DNA of 63,835 nucleotides, filler included, from Octopus bimaculoides (GCF_001194135.2; 7 parts of 7 records of this genome joined end to end with filler, not necessarily neighbours in it); one strand, 5' to 3'. Positions 49,150 to 62,753 are shown, numbered from the whole stretch's first letter. Notes: generated from the sequence alone by a model not told the origin. A program made the numbers and translations.

Positions 49150-49620
49150 CTGTGTATCTGAAAGGAGTGTCAATGGGAAAGAGAAGAAAAGAAGAAAGAA
49201 GAAAATTTTGTTTACAGCTGGTCAATTCTTTCAATGACAAGTTTATTCTTGGCCTTTTTTAAAAAATGGCAAAACCAGGTGGCATTGTTTGAAAGAAAGT
49301 TGTTCTTCAAAATTTTTTTTGGCATCATTGTCCAGTGGGAGAGAGTGTGTGGGTGAGTTTTTGTGTGTGTGTATGTGTGCGTGTGTGTGCACGCGTGTGC
49401 GCGCGTGTGCGTGTGTGTGCTTGTGTATTTGAAAGGAGTGTCAATGGGAAAGAGAAGGAAAGAAGGAAGAAGAAAATTTTGTTTACAGCTGGTCAAGTCT
49501 TTCAATGACAAGTTTATTCTTGGCCTTTTAAAAAAAATGATGAAACCAGGTGGCATTGTTTGGCAGAAAGTTGTTTCTCAAAAATTTTTGGCATCATTGT
49601 CCAGTGGGAGAGTGTGTGGG
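49150..49620. repeat. Diverged tandem duplication (~271-bp period)
   Basis: GAAAGGAGTGTCAATGGGAAAGAG...CATCATTGTCCAGTGGGAGAG occurs from 49160 and again from 49431, with scattered differences and a (GT)-rich spacer. Confidence 0.9.
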
Positions 49621-49930
49621 TTGTGTTTAAAAATTACAGTTTACTTTACAACTTACAGTTTACATATATATTTACATACACGCACATATACACACACAAA
49701 CATATATATATGCATACACATATATATATATAATTTTTTTCCAGAGGAATAATGATAAGGAACAATCCTTTATAAAAATGAAGATATTAGGATGGGCAAT
49801 AATGTACAAGGGAAAGTGTCTTGTGAAGGAGCTCAATGAAACAGATATGCATACAATTTCTTGTACATTGTGAGGACATTATTTTACAGACTAAGTTAAT
49901 AGTTCTAGATGGGTTGTGATTTTCATGTTT

Positions 49931-52900
49931 TCAGCCATTCAGTTTCGGTGGGAATTTTTTTATGAAGTATTTCTCCATATTCTTCCTGAAGGAGGTGTCC
50001 TTTCTTGAGCATTTATAGAAGGGAAAGATCTTAAATTTTCCTTCTCCACATGCTTCTAGGTGTTCACTCAGTGGAATTTTTCGTAGTTCCTCTTGTCGGA
50101 CATGTTGTCGGTGAACTCTGGCTCGTTGGCACAAAGAATTTCCAGTTTCAACTATATAATTCTCCTTGCATGTGGAGCAGGTTATGTAGTATATTACGTT
50201 CCGCGTCTTGCAGTTCATGTCTGCATTTACTTTGAATGTGTGATCACTCTTAAATTTTATTTCTTTGTTCCCCTCTATATATTTGTAGATGGGGTTACTG
50301 CAGGTTCCACATCTACCATCTCCACACTCTTTTACGAAGAATTCGGTTTTATTCTCTGATGAGAATTTTGCTCTTGTTAGGTGTTTCTTTAAGTTTTTTC
50401 TTGGCGTTTACTGTTTTTTATGCAATATTTGTTTAGTAGGTTTCCCATTTTGGGGCTTTGTAGGATTATTGGTAGGTTTGAGTGAATAATGTGAAACATG
50501 TTGGTGATTGCAGGGTTGTGTGTGTTTATGAAAGGGATGATGTTTTCTTTGTTTTTCTTTTTGGAGTTCTGAGTTGTGTGATGTCCAGTTTCATTGCTCT
50601 TGCGATTCGGTTTTCTATTAAGGTGAGTGGGTATTTTTGTTCTAGTAGGAAGTTTTTAAGCTCCTCTAGCCTTATTCGGCGTGTCTGTGAGTCGGTCACT
50701 ATGCTGCATATGCGTCTTGCCATACTATATGGAATGTTTCTTTTTATGTGGGATGGGTGGCAGGATATTGGTGTGTGTCGGTTTTTTTGTAGTGGATGTC
50801 TGTTGTGACGGTGGAGTTGTGTATCTTGATGTTGATGTCTATGAAGGGAAGTTCATTGTAGTTGGTATCTATTGTGAAGTGGATAGATGCGTACAGTGTG
50901 TTGAGGATGTTGTGGAATGTTCGTAGATCTTCTGATCTGTTCCAAAAGATGAAACAGTCATCGAGGTCGCGTTTCCACTTTTCTTGATGTCTTCTCTGAA
51001 GTTGTTTGCGAAGACGTTCCCTATTTCATCGTATAGTCTGTTCTCAAGGAAACTCATCACTAGGTTGGCATATGAAGGTGCGAATTTCGTACCCATTGCC
51101 GAGGCCTTCATCTGTCGGTATGGCTTGTTGTTAAATGAGAATGTGTTCTCTTCAAGTATTAACTGGGTGGCTTTGGCGATAAAGTGTGTTTTGAAACGTT
51201 TATCTATGATTTTCCTGTATTTTTCTACCCAGTATTTTATCGCTTCCAGGCCCAGGGTGTGTGGTATGTTCGTGTATAAGTTTGTGACTTCGAAGCTTGC
51301 AAGTATGGTGTTTTCCGGAACCGTATTTGGAATGTGTGTGAGGAAGTCTAAGTCATCCCTTATGTAGCTTGGTATCAGTGGGCATAAAGGTTTGCGGAGT
51401 ACATCTATGAAGTGGCTTAGTTCCTGTGTTGGCGCTTGGGGTCCTGCAACTATGGGTCCCATTGTGAGGTCTGCAGGCCTTTGTATTCTTATATAATGGT
51501 TCATCTGTTCATTTATGGCTCTCTGTATTTCCGAGCTTTTATGGATTTTAGGTAATCCATAAAAATTGCTTTCTTTGGTTCTTGAGTCGCATAAATAGTC
51601 TTTCTCCTTGTCTGTAAAGGAGTCCTGGTATTCATTGATCAATGTTCCAATTTTTTTTTATTGTTGCTTTCTCCGGTTGTGTTGATTCCTCTTTGTAGTA
51701 TGTCTGGTTATTAAGTATCTCCAGTATCTTTTCTTTGTAGTAATCTGTATCCATAATTACTATTGCTCCACCTTTGTCAGCTTCTTTTAAAATGATCGAC
51801 TTGTCATTTTTTAGTATTTGTAAGGCTTGTTTTTTCTCCTCTGCAGAGGTTCTGTTTGTACTTATGTGTGTTGAGAGGGAATTTAGAGATTGTCTCTATG
51901 TATGCGTCTAGGTGTTTGTCACATCCCTTGTGAGGGGTGAAATGGGATTATTTTCTTATAATTGAGTTATCTTCTGTTTCCTTATTTTCAAAGAATTCCA
52001 TTAGGTGGAGGCGGCGGCTAAAGTTGTCTATATCAGTTTTTAGTTCTATGAGATTTGGTGTGGGTGTTGGTGTAAATTTGAGACCTTTTAATAGTAGGTT
52101 CATTTCATTTTCGCTAAGTTCTCTTTTAGATAGGTTTATTATTTTGGGGTCTATGTGTTTCGCGTGTACATTTGTAATCTTTGGTGTGTTGGGTCTGGAG
52201 TATTGTTGAAGTATCCTTTCCCTAAAAAAGGGGTTGTGTTGTTGCGTCTCCAAATTCCATTTTCAGGTTTTAGGTTTTCTTGTAGAGGCAGCGGTGGTCT
52301 ATACGGTCTGTATGTGTTGTTTTGTCTGTGGTAGTTGTTTTCTTCCCATCTTCTGTGTTTGTTGGGCCTATTTCCATTCCTGGTGTTCAGGTTTCTTTGT
52401 GGGTAGTTGAATGGTTCATATTGTGTGTTTGTATTGTTTTGATGGTGGTGGTTGTTTTCTATCCATCTTGAAAATTTGTGGGGTCGCATGAGGTTGGTGT
52501 TTGTATGGTTTGGATTTCCTCGATTTTTATTGTAGGTATGTGTTGATTTTTATCTACTTGTCTATTGTTCCATGTGTGTATCCATTTAGGGTGTCCAGCG
52601 TTATGTGTTCATATTCTGTTTGTTCTCTCCAAGTGTTATAAGTTGTTGGTTGTATGTGTCTTGTTTGTCTTGCATATTTTGTGTGTCTGTTTATTGGTGG
52701 GGTTTGGTAGTGTAAGGAGTGGGTTTTGGGTTTGTGTTTGGTAGGGTTTATGTGGAGGTCTGGGAGTCCAATATGTTTGTGATTTTGGTTTGTTGTATCT
52801 TTTTGTTTGTGTTGGTAGTGTTGTTTTCATAATGAATTTTCCCCATAGTTCCTTTCATAGTTTAAGAACCGTTCCTGTTGTTTAGTTCACATAATTCTGG

Positions 52901-53900
52901 ATTTTTCCTCTTCTCGTTTAGTATCCTCTTTCCATAATTGGTGTAGTTTTTCTTTGTTTTGGTTATTATTCCTCTCTGTTATTTCAGCCATTATGACGGC
53001 ATCAATTGTTTTAATCTTATCTTCCTGATGTAAACTTCGTGTTTGTAGAAGGGAAATTTCTGTTTCTAGTCGGCATAGAGTTAGATTTGCACGTATTGTT
53101 TCTTCCAATGTTTCACCCCATATTTCTTTGATAAGGAATTTTCTAGGGAGTACTGGGTTCTTCTTGTCCCGCCAGTTTTGGTATATGTCGGCTATGTTCT
53201 TACAACGAATGCTTTTCCAATAAGCATGTTTGCGTTGGTTTAGAAGTTTGTTCCAGTCTTGGTGCTTTGAATGTTTTTCTTGGTGTGTGTCAGTTTTTGT
53301 TTCTTCTCCATTTGTTTTTCTTTGTGATTGGGGTGGTCTCGCCAAGAGATTTGTGTTGTCAGTTATGATTGCTTGATTGTTTTTAGGGAGAATATCTTGT
53401 GTTTGGATCGTATTCATAAGGAAGTCAAAATTTGTGAAGACTGTATTAATTTTTGAAAGGAGTGAATTTAACTTACTGCAGGTTTCTGCGAGATCTTCCA
53501 TACTTCTGGTATCTTTCTGCTGCAAGTGTGATTCTGTCTCATTCATTTTGATGTTGCATATTTTTCAGATTTGTGTTAGGTCTTGTGCGTGTTTGGTATT
53601 AGCCCGTTGCAGGTCTAATTCTGTTCCATTCTCTTCGATGTTGCGTATTCTTGTGACGTTTTCACTTAATTTACGGTTGTTGTCGCGAATTGCCTTGTAG
53701 TGCAGCGAGAAAACCTCACGGAGTGCTGGAGGCAGAGAATTGCTTGTCAGGGGTTGTGAAGAATTTCCTGGGGGTATTAGTAGCGATCTGGACCCCAAAT
53801 GTAGCGTTGAACTACATAGTTTTATTAGATTTCCCTTTTGTTTTTATATGGTTCGCTTTTTCCTTCTCGCATTGTGCCGCATCGTCTAGGTTGTCATTAT
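49931..53900 (-). mobile_element. Near full-length Penelope-like retroelement (upstream coiled-coil ORF region, RT, CCHH-type linker, GIY-YIG), frameshifted
   Basis: IINLSKRELSENEMNLLLKGLKFTPTP; ADKGGAIVIMD; FYGLPKIHK; PIVAGP; SFEVTNLYTNIPH; AMGTKFAPSYANL; WKRDLDDCFIFW; CGDGRCGTC; NCKTRNVIYYITCSTCKENYIVETG...EKYFIKKFPPKLNG*. Confidence 0.93.
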
Positions 53901-53943
53901 AACTACTATCAATTCCATTAAGGTCCTTATCTCTACTGTCTAA

Positions 53944-54087
53944 TACAGTTCTATATTTAAGAGATTAGGAATTATGTACATCATTTACATTTGACGGATA
54001 CTTGTCCTCATCTTGTTTGTTGTTAACACAAAGTTTCGGCTGATATACCCTCTAGCCTTCATCAGGTGTATTGGGGAAATTTCGATA

Positions 54088-54118
<31 letters not shown>

Positions 54119-54255
54119 TATTATTATTGTTATTATTATTATTGTTATTATTATTATTATCATTATTATTATTATTATTACTGCCTGGAATCGAACTCGG
54201 AATCTTGGGGTTAGTAGCCCGCGCTCTTAACCACAACGCTTTATGCCTGTTGGCA
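53944..54255 (-). mobile_element. Single copy of the tRNA-head/(AAT)n/hammerhead element
   Basis: Homologous to one arm of 9948-10445, including the same TACAGTTCTATATTTAAGA end; expanded (AAT)n tract at about 54085-54181; retains more CpGs. Confidence 0.9.
54025..54070 (-). ncRNA. Minimal hammerhead motif (helix III mutated)
   Basis: TACAC CTGATGA A GGCT agagggtatatc AGCC GAAAC TTT GTGTT. Confidence 0.6.
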
Positions 54256-55567
54256 ATTATGGAGTGAATTATAGTGGCTTATAAATCTAATATTCTCCTA
54301 TCCTTCCTTAATACGGATTCCAATATGCTACTCATATCTGCACTCGGTCTGCCTGGTTTATTTCTATAACAATATGTTTTGATATAATGGGGAAAAAAAG
54401 GCATCAGAGAGGCGGATAAATTTGTTCGCAGATTATAGTGTGGCTTACAATGCGTTGCTTACCCATGCTTTTTAATTGAACTAATTTTTTTTTAAGTATC
54501 ACCATTATAAATATTTATCCTCCGGTGAAATTAAGAAATCAACTCGTAAATAAATGAAACAAGCAAACGAGAGTCGATTCATATGAAAAAGAAAGTGAAC
54601 AAAATAATATGAGAACTTGCTTATCGGGAAAGTTATTTTTTTTTTTTTTGTAAAGATAATCAAACTAAATGTTCATCAATGAGTATTTCTGCCAAATATG
54701 GTGAAAATCTGTTCAGCCGTTTTCCAGAAATTTTGCAAACACACAAAGACGAGTAATTACAATACCCTGATTTCCCTTGCGCGCATATGATAATAAAAAA
54801 TTCTTCTCATATATGCAATAAAATAAAATATAGAAGTATAAAAGAATAAGGCATAAAAAATAAATGAATGAAATATAATGTACAACACCGATAAGAAGAC
54901 TCTTTTAAATAAAATCATAAAGTGTACATGCGATCAGAATAGAACACAAAAACAATCAAATATTTATAATGACTTTTCATTTAACCGAAGCCAATAATTT
55001 AGGATATCCATCCATCCATCCATCCATTCACCCATACATACATACATACATATATACATGCATGCATACATCCATCCGTACATACATATATACATACATA
55101 CATACATACATACATACATACATACATACATACTGTTTCGTTATTCTTCCACTCCTAGTACGTCTATCATTTTTCTTTTATATGTCCCTAATTGGTTTTC
55201 GTTAAGTTCATAGCAGCTGTAATAAGTATTACGAACATCTGAATTTTCACCATATTCTCTGTCAGTGGTATTTTGTCTGTACATACTTATTCTACTAATT
55301 TGATTATAATTATTGGAAACTGCTTGACTTGTTTCTTCCTTATTATCAGTGTTCTTAAAAGATAAATCATCCTTTATTGTTCCTTCAACTAACTGTGTTA
55401 TTTATCTTCTGGATACATGCATTTTAAAAATCATATATACATTTTTTTTAATCAGGTACTCTTTGCCGAAACATTAATGTTGCGGGGATGCAATAAACCA
55501 ACACAGGTCGTCAAGTGATCTTGGAGGATGTACACTTACACAAACACATACACACATGCACACGTTT

Positions 55568-55608
<41 letters not shown>

Positions 55609-57534
55609 GTGTGTGTATATATTAGGTTCTAAAGTTATTTCATTAGATCTTGAGCGTATATGAATATTATTGAAAGATTATATTGAAGTAATTATATTAA
55701 TGATTATATTTATTACTAGTTATTATAGGATTATATATTTATACATTTAGATATATGTGGGATGGGGCACTTAATATTCATATTTGGGCTTACTCTATAC
55801 ATTTATGATTATTACGTGGATTCATTTGGTGTATTATGTCATTAAAATTGACTTCATTGATAGATTTATATCATTTTTAAATGTATAATTTTATACGATT
55901 AATTAATAGAGATCAATACTCAATTTTATTATTACCATCACCATTAAACTGATTGTAAGCATTGTATAATCTAACATAGCATAATGTATCTTATTTATGA
56001 TTATATTATGTTATACCAAACTTATGTTAGGTTTTAAGTACAGTTATATTAATCTATACTAATTATACTTAAATTTTAATTTATATCTTCCTAAAATTTG
56101 TATTAAAATTAAAATGTATCATATTATTTGGTTAATTAGTGACTGTCAATGCTCAATTACTATTACTAAGCATATATTTAAATATTACATAATGCAATAT
56201 AACATATATCATTTCTATGTACAGTTAATATTCACGCTTGGATTAAAAGTAGTTATATTATCCGATAGATAGTAAAGGTTTATGTTCGATATTATTATTG
56301 AAATGAAGTCAAGCATTATATAGTTAATTGCTATTGTGAGGTCAAAGAAACAAATTAGATGTCGGACTGCTTTAGCTATAGCAAATTTAGTAAAATTTAA
56401 TCCATTTCGGGAAAAAAATATAACAATGATTAAAATTCATTTTTGAAGAGCAAAAATAATTTTAATGTCATGCTAGAGATGCGAATCTTGTGCATTATAT
56501 GCTGAGAGGGAGAAAAAGAAATTTACTATTGAAATATGAATGTCTGAATTCGTTTCGATTTTCAATTACACAGCTACTGAGAATGGCAGGAAAGAAATTG
56601 TATAGAAGACTTATAACCCAGTCAAACGTGAAAAGTTTGATCAAGTAACGAGATTTGAGAAATGTGAGACACATTTCTCCCCAAAAGAAATTATTTCACT
56701 TTTATTCAGCTTTGAAGGTTAAAAAAGAAAAATGGATTTAAACAAAACTTAAAATCACGTTCCACATTCAGCTTACCTCAGATTAGTTCATAGTATGCAA
56801 CACTATTAATGTTGTCTCATAATCAGTGTCTCGCATTCCTGTTTTTAAAGCAATATCATCCAACTTACTAGTCAACGCTTACATCTTGGTACTTACACGT
56901 AACATTGCACAAAAATTTCCGAAATATGATCATCTTATAGATGTAACTTTCAGGAGGACAAATTGCAACAAGAATATCACACATTTTTGTCAATATTATC
57001 TTTCAATTAACCCGAATGTAATGTAAAAAAAAATGTTAACATTTCACTTTTAGGATTAATTATGCACGTAATTTTCTTCTTCTGATTATCAATTGAATAT
57101 GTGAATAATTACCGATGTTTTGGACTAATTAATCGGTTTCTATAATTGATTAGTTTTATAATTGGTTGTTTATTCTTACATCAGCACTGACTGAGAAAAT
57201 GAACAATGTGCTTCAGCTGTAGTCTTTCAGCATATATTTTTCTACAATGTTAATGGAAGAGTGTATTAATTGAGTGCAATGTTCATTAGTCCGAGCCACC
57301 GATCAATAAGATCTCTCGTAGGCTTGTATCACAGATAAACATTTATTGATATTACGAATAGCTGCACAGCTGAATAAAAATTCGTTATAAGCAACAGATG
57401 CAGTATTAAAGTAAAATTGACGTTTATGTATTGTATTTGATACATACATTGTTGATAGGAACATTTACTGAAATGTTCGTCCGGACATAACATCTCATAT
57501 GAACGAGTTGAACGTAATACACACACACACACAG

Positions 57535-57605
<71 letters not shown>

Positions 57606-57717
57606 CACACACATACACACACACATATATATATACGTTTATGAATTTGTGTTGCAAGATTCCTGATGCGAAGTTGTTCACTTGTTTATTACTGTTCTTA
57701 TTCTAACTCATGTCCAT

Positions 57718-57762
57718 TGTTCGGAATCTTTCGTCACACATCTGTAACCTCTTCAGCGACAC
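57718..57762 (-). ncRNA. Minimal type I hammerhead motif in the 3' pLTR
   Basis: GTGTCG CTGAAGA G GTTACA gatg TGTGAC GAAA GATTC CGAACA. Confidence 0.7.
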
Positions 57763-59075
57763 GTTCCGTCTTGGTGTGTGCTCTTGCTCTGCTTATTCCA
57801 TTCTCTTCTATGATATGTCTCCTTATATGCGCATGCCTCTGTGTTTGTGCGTATATATGAGTTCGCGTCCTATGTTGTTTGTATCCGTGTCCTTTATACA
57901 GTATTTTTGTCTTTAATTTTTTTATTTATCATATGTATGTGCATAGGTATGTCTAATGTAGATGTATTACACTGTTTGTATCTGTTTTTTGATCTCCCTC
58001 CACACTTTAGTTTTCATGAGGTTGTGGGTGTTATTGTTCCATTCGTGTTTTCTGTTGAGGTTCGGTCTGTCTATTGCTGTGTGTGTAGCCTCTGTGATCT
58101 AAGTGTCGTGTGAGCTTTATGTATTGATAATACTTTGATCTCTATACTACTGACTGAGCCTCTATGTTCTACTTGAGGATATTGGTTGAGCACCGACGAG
58201 CCTTTCTCTTCTTTGAGCTCTCTCCAGTGTTCACTCATAAGCTCTCCTATGCTGCGTGCTGCTTCGCTAATGTAAGCAGTTGTCATGCTTCTGCACCGTC
58301 CTTCAGAACATCGTGAGCTATACACTTTATTCTTAATCTTACAGTTAACCTGTGAGTTCATCGTATATACAATACAATTGTTCTCTGTACAAGGAGGGAT
58401 TTTATAGAACAAGGCCTTTCTACAACTTTAATCCGTAGATTGACCCGCCAGGTGTAGTATCAACGAACAAAACACTCTAGTATTTTTCTCTGTCATACCA
58501 TGAGTTGGCCTTATCTATCTTTTTTCTGGTTTTTCTGTGCTGTTCCAGGATTTACTCCTGTATATATTTACTCCCTTTTGCATCACTCTCTATGAAGACT
58601 TTGTACTTAGCCCTGACTCTCTTGTACACTCTAATCCTATCCTTTTGGTTGTAACGAGAGAACTGCAGGAAGGCGATGAAGTGTTGTGTGTCTCTTTCCA
58701 ATTTCATATGGTCACACATGCGAGACACATTCTTCATCACTCTCACCAAGTCTGCTATAATAATATTGAACTTGGCGTTGTCCGAAATGGCTGTGTTCTT
58801 GTGGACGAGGTATTTAGAAGCCATGGGTCTGGCATAATGAGAGTGAAGGATGTGGACCTTATTGTTCTTGGTTTCTAACCCGAGTTCAGTGTCTAAAACT
58901 GCTAGCCTATATTTGGGGTGCTTGTTAGGAGAGTCTATCCTTACTTTCATACTGTGGTATCACATACACACACACATATACAAACAACAAACATAGAGGC
59001 ATGCGCATATAAGGAGACACATCATAGAAGACGAGAATGGAATAAGCAGAGCAAGAGCACACACCAAGACGGAAG

Positions 59076-59120
59076 GTTCCGCTGAGGAGGTTACAGATGT
59101 GTGACGAAAAATTCCGAACA
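59076..59120 (+). ncRNA. Minimal type I hammerhead motif in the inverted pLTR
   Basis: GTTCCG CTGAGGA G GTTACA gatg TGTGAC GAAA AATTC CGAACA. The consensus of both copies gives helix I TGTTCG/CGAACA. Confidence 0.7.
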
Positions 59121-59384
59121 ATGGACATGAGTTAGAATAAGAAAGTAATAAACGAGTGATGAACTAATATATAGTGCGTGTGTTTATTTCGAAAAATGAA
59201 ATGACTATCCCGAAATACAACAATGTGTGTGTGCGCGCGTGCATGTGTTGTGAGTGTGTGTATGAATATATATATATATATATANNNNNNNNNNNNNNNN
59301 NNNNNNNNNNNNNNNNNNNNNNNNNNNNTTAATTAATTAANNNNNNNNNNNNNNNNNNNNNNNNNNNNNNNNNNNNNNNNNNNN

Positions 59385-59420
<36 letters not shown>

Positions 59421-60689
59421 CAAAATGGGAGAAGAACACAAAACATCCAGACAGTTAGGTGATACACGAAAGGGACAAAACAACCAGATAGACGATACAA
59501 AGAAAACACGTCTTTCACTTTTTTGTTATCATGCATTGTCCGACAGATGTGTAGTATTATTCTTCTCTGCATATTTAACAGTAGGTTTGTGCTTCGTGTA
59601 ATTTCACTAGAAAGATCCTTCACACATACCCATGTATGATATGGTGCCCTTCAGACCTTGCCGGAGAGCGTGCACATCAACGTTGTGTATTATTACTTTG
59701 GCATGACATCTTAGTCGAGAATACACAACTCGCTAATTCTACAGTTACATAGACATTAATCTCGATAATTGTTTCCCAGACGGTGCGTGTATATGGCAAG
59801 TTATCGCTTCGCCTAAAGCCATTTACCTGGATACTGAATGCATGATTGCTAATTAATAGCGCAGTTTAGTGCGGTTACTATATGCAACCAAGCTGTCGGA
59901 GATGGAAGTGCAACCGAAGTGCACTTTGGTTTCTTGGCGATTGAATACTAACTCACACAGTTTGATCTCAAATAGGGAAATGCTTTAAAATCAAATTTAG
60001 AAAATATATGAATATATGACATTTCGTATTGATGTAGAAGGGAACAAAGTAAAAGAGAAGACATTAAGGTTCCATTTACATTTTTGGTGGGAGCACATTT
60101 TGTACTTATTTGCACACACATACGGGATCGATCGTGCCCACGCATTTATATTGCTTACATATTTAATGCTAAAGCGTTTATATATCGTATAGTAAAACTA
60201 AGCATTGATAATATATGAGAAAATCTGGTTATATAGACATAATTGACAATTATTATGTAGCTTTTATAGATTTCAGTAACAGAAATAAGGATATTTTGAC
60301 ATATTAACAGAGCTATGACCTCTCAATGCAGAGAAGTAAGTGGCTTGACCAGGAGTGACTCCCACATCCCCAAGCCACGCACCCTGTCGAATAACGATAC
60401 TCAAAAGATCCTTCGGGGTCGGGGTGCCTTTCACGGACGCTTGTATTACCAATCATATTCTTTCAATCATTACTAACATTCGTGATCATAAGTGAGGAGT
60501 TGGACATAGCTAGTCATTTTTTTTTCTTTTTTCTTTAATACGAGCTACTCTTCTTCTGAGAGGTTAGAATGTCGCAGGAAGGAATCGCAGAATTGTGTGA
60601 GAGATTCTTCAAGCTGAGCCGACAAGCTGAAGACTTAAGGGTAGACCGAAGTGTTTGAATAATAGTCATAATCTTAGTTGGTCACGCTT

Positions 60690-60787
60690 GGGATGACCAA
60701 AGCCTCGTGAGTGGATTTGGCAGCCGAAAACTGAAAGAAGCCCGTCATATCTCTCTCTATCTATCTGTCTACCTAGCTATCTATCCT

Positions 60788-60823
<36 letters not shown>

Positions 60824-61035
60824 TGCGCGCGCGCGCGTTTGTCCTCCCCCAACATCGCTCGACAACCGATGTTGGTGTGTTTATGTTCTCGTAACTTAGC
60901 GGTTCGGCAAAAGGTACTAGGCTTGCAAAGAATAAGTCCTGAGCTTAATCTCTTTGATTAAAAACAAAAACCGTTAAGGCGGTGCTCCAGCATGGCCGCA
61001 GTCAAATGAGTGAAACAAGTTAAAGAATAAAAGAA
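60690..61035 (+). mobile_element. SINE family A, headless copy (CpG-retaining)
   Basis: GACCAAAGCCTCGTGAGTGGATTTGG..AAGAAGCCCGTC..GGCGGTGCTCCAGCATGGCCGCAGTCAAATG. Confidence 0.8.
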
Positions 61036-61286
61036 AATGTGAATGTATGTATGTACGTATTTATGTAGGCATGCGTGAGTGTATGTATGCAATATACATG
61101 AATGGTTATTGCTCTTAGAAAGTGTCCTGTTCTTCAGAGAAAAAGTATTTAGAGGTTAGGGGTAGGTAAGATGGTTGAAAAGTAAATGAGAAAGCATTAT
61201 GTGTGTATGTTTTGCTTGCCTGCTTGCGTGTGTATGTATGCGTGTGCGTGTTTTTGCGCATGTTTAAATGCTTGTGCGTGCGTGCA

Positions 61287-61326
<40 letters not shown>

Positions 61327-61462
61327 GTATAGATTACTTTATGGAGGCGGGACGCAAGAGATTTCAAAGGGGCGAATTAGAGACAAAGAACTGCCGAAAA
61401 TAACGGCAAGAAGATGTCTTGGGCTAAGGAACGCCACGTGTCAGCCAAGTAAAGCACACACA

Positions 61463-61534
<72 letters not shown>

Positions 61535-61793
61535 AACGTACACACAGGCACAGGCGCACTACCCATTACCACAAATTCCTCACCCTGCTACCCGCTTACC
61601 TACATCCTTTATTAAATCTTTCCTATTAACCAACCATTTCCCCTACCGACCCGTCCCCCAACCTCAGTGAGGAAGGAAGAAGCCTCTACCCAGGTGCTCG
61701 ACCAACTAGAAAGAGCAATTGAGTCTCCCTCCAATCATGCCATTTGTTATTATAAAACTAGATACATTGGATGAAGGATATATATGTGTGTGT

Positions 61794-61826
<33 letters not shown>

Positions 61827-61836
61827 NNNNNNNNNN

Positions 61837-61879
<43 letters not shown>

Positions 61880-62192
61880 GGTGTGTTTGTGTATGTGTGT
61901 GTGTGTGTATATATCTATCTATATAGATAGATAGATAGACAGATAGATGCGTGTGTATGTGTAAAAATATGTATATATATATACTCATATTTATATTACA
62001 CATATCTTCATATATATGTTTGTCTGCGTGCGTGTATGTGTGTATTATATATATATATGTGTGCGTGTGTATATATATGGATGAGTGGTGGGGTGGGTTA
62101 CGGATAGAGGGAAAAAGATACGGGTAGGTAAGAAGAGAGGCAGGTTACTGTCTTTTTGTTTGCTGATAAGGATTATATATATATATATATAA

Positions 62193-62288
<96 letters not shown>

Positions 62289-62530
62289 ATTTCATATATG
62301 TGCGTGTGTATATACATATATGCGTGTGTGTATTCCATAAATATGTATACATATATGCATATATATATATATGCATATTAAGGGTAGACCGAAGTGTTTG
62401 AATAATAGTCATAATCTTAGTTGGTCACGCTTGGGATGACCAAAGCCTCGTGAGTGGATTTGGCAGCCGAAAACTGAAAGAAGCCCGTCATATCTCTCTC
62501 TATCTATCTGTCTACCTAGCTATCTATCCT

Positions 62531-62564
<34 letters not shown>

Positions 62565-62721
62565 TGCGCGCGCGCGCGTTNNNNNNNNNNNNNNNNNNNN
62601 NNNNNNNNNNNNNNNNNNNNNNNNTTAATTAATTAANNNNNNNNNNNNNNNNNNNNNNNNNNNNNNNNNNNNNNNNNNNNGCTAAAGAAATATCCAAGCA
62701 AGGGGAACGTCATAGCTAACT

Positions 62722-62753
<32 letters not shown>

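Larger units (their letters stand above)
57678..59159 (-). mobile_element. 5'-truncated Neptune-like Penelope element with an inverted pseudo-LTR
   Basis: Thumb (RLAVLDTELG..HYARPMAS..NTAISDNAKFNII..QFSRY) and GIY-YIG (NCKIKNKVYSSRC..YISEAARS..EH) remnants. 57678-57850 and 58985-59159 are reverse complements of each other. Confidence 0.88.

Noticed and set aside
50150-50330. Selenocysteine (in-frame UGA) in PLE zinc-binding motifs, as reported for some Naiad elements
   Set aside because: The Cys positions read here and at 34240-34400 are TGT/TGC; no UGA was seen at those sites.
55620-56400. Extremely AT-rich block suggesting a mitochondrial insertion
   Set aside because: No recognisable mitochondrial ORF, tRNA or rRNA motif; more likely an old TE UTR.
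62378-62580. Essentially identical copy of 60636-60839
   Set aside because: It ends at a gap and starts after low-complexity DNA; most likely a duplicated contig end or allelic haplotype.
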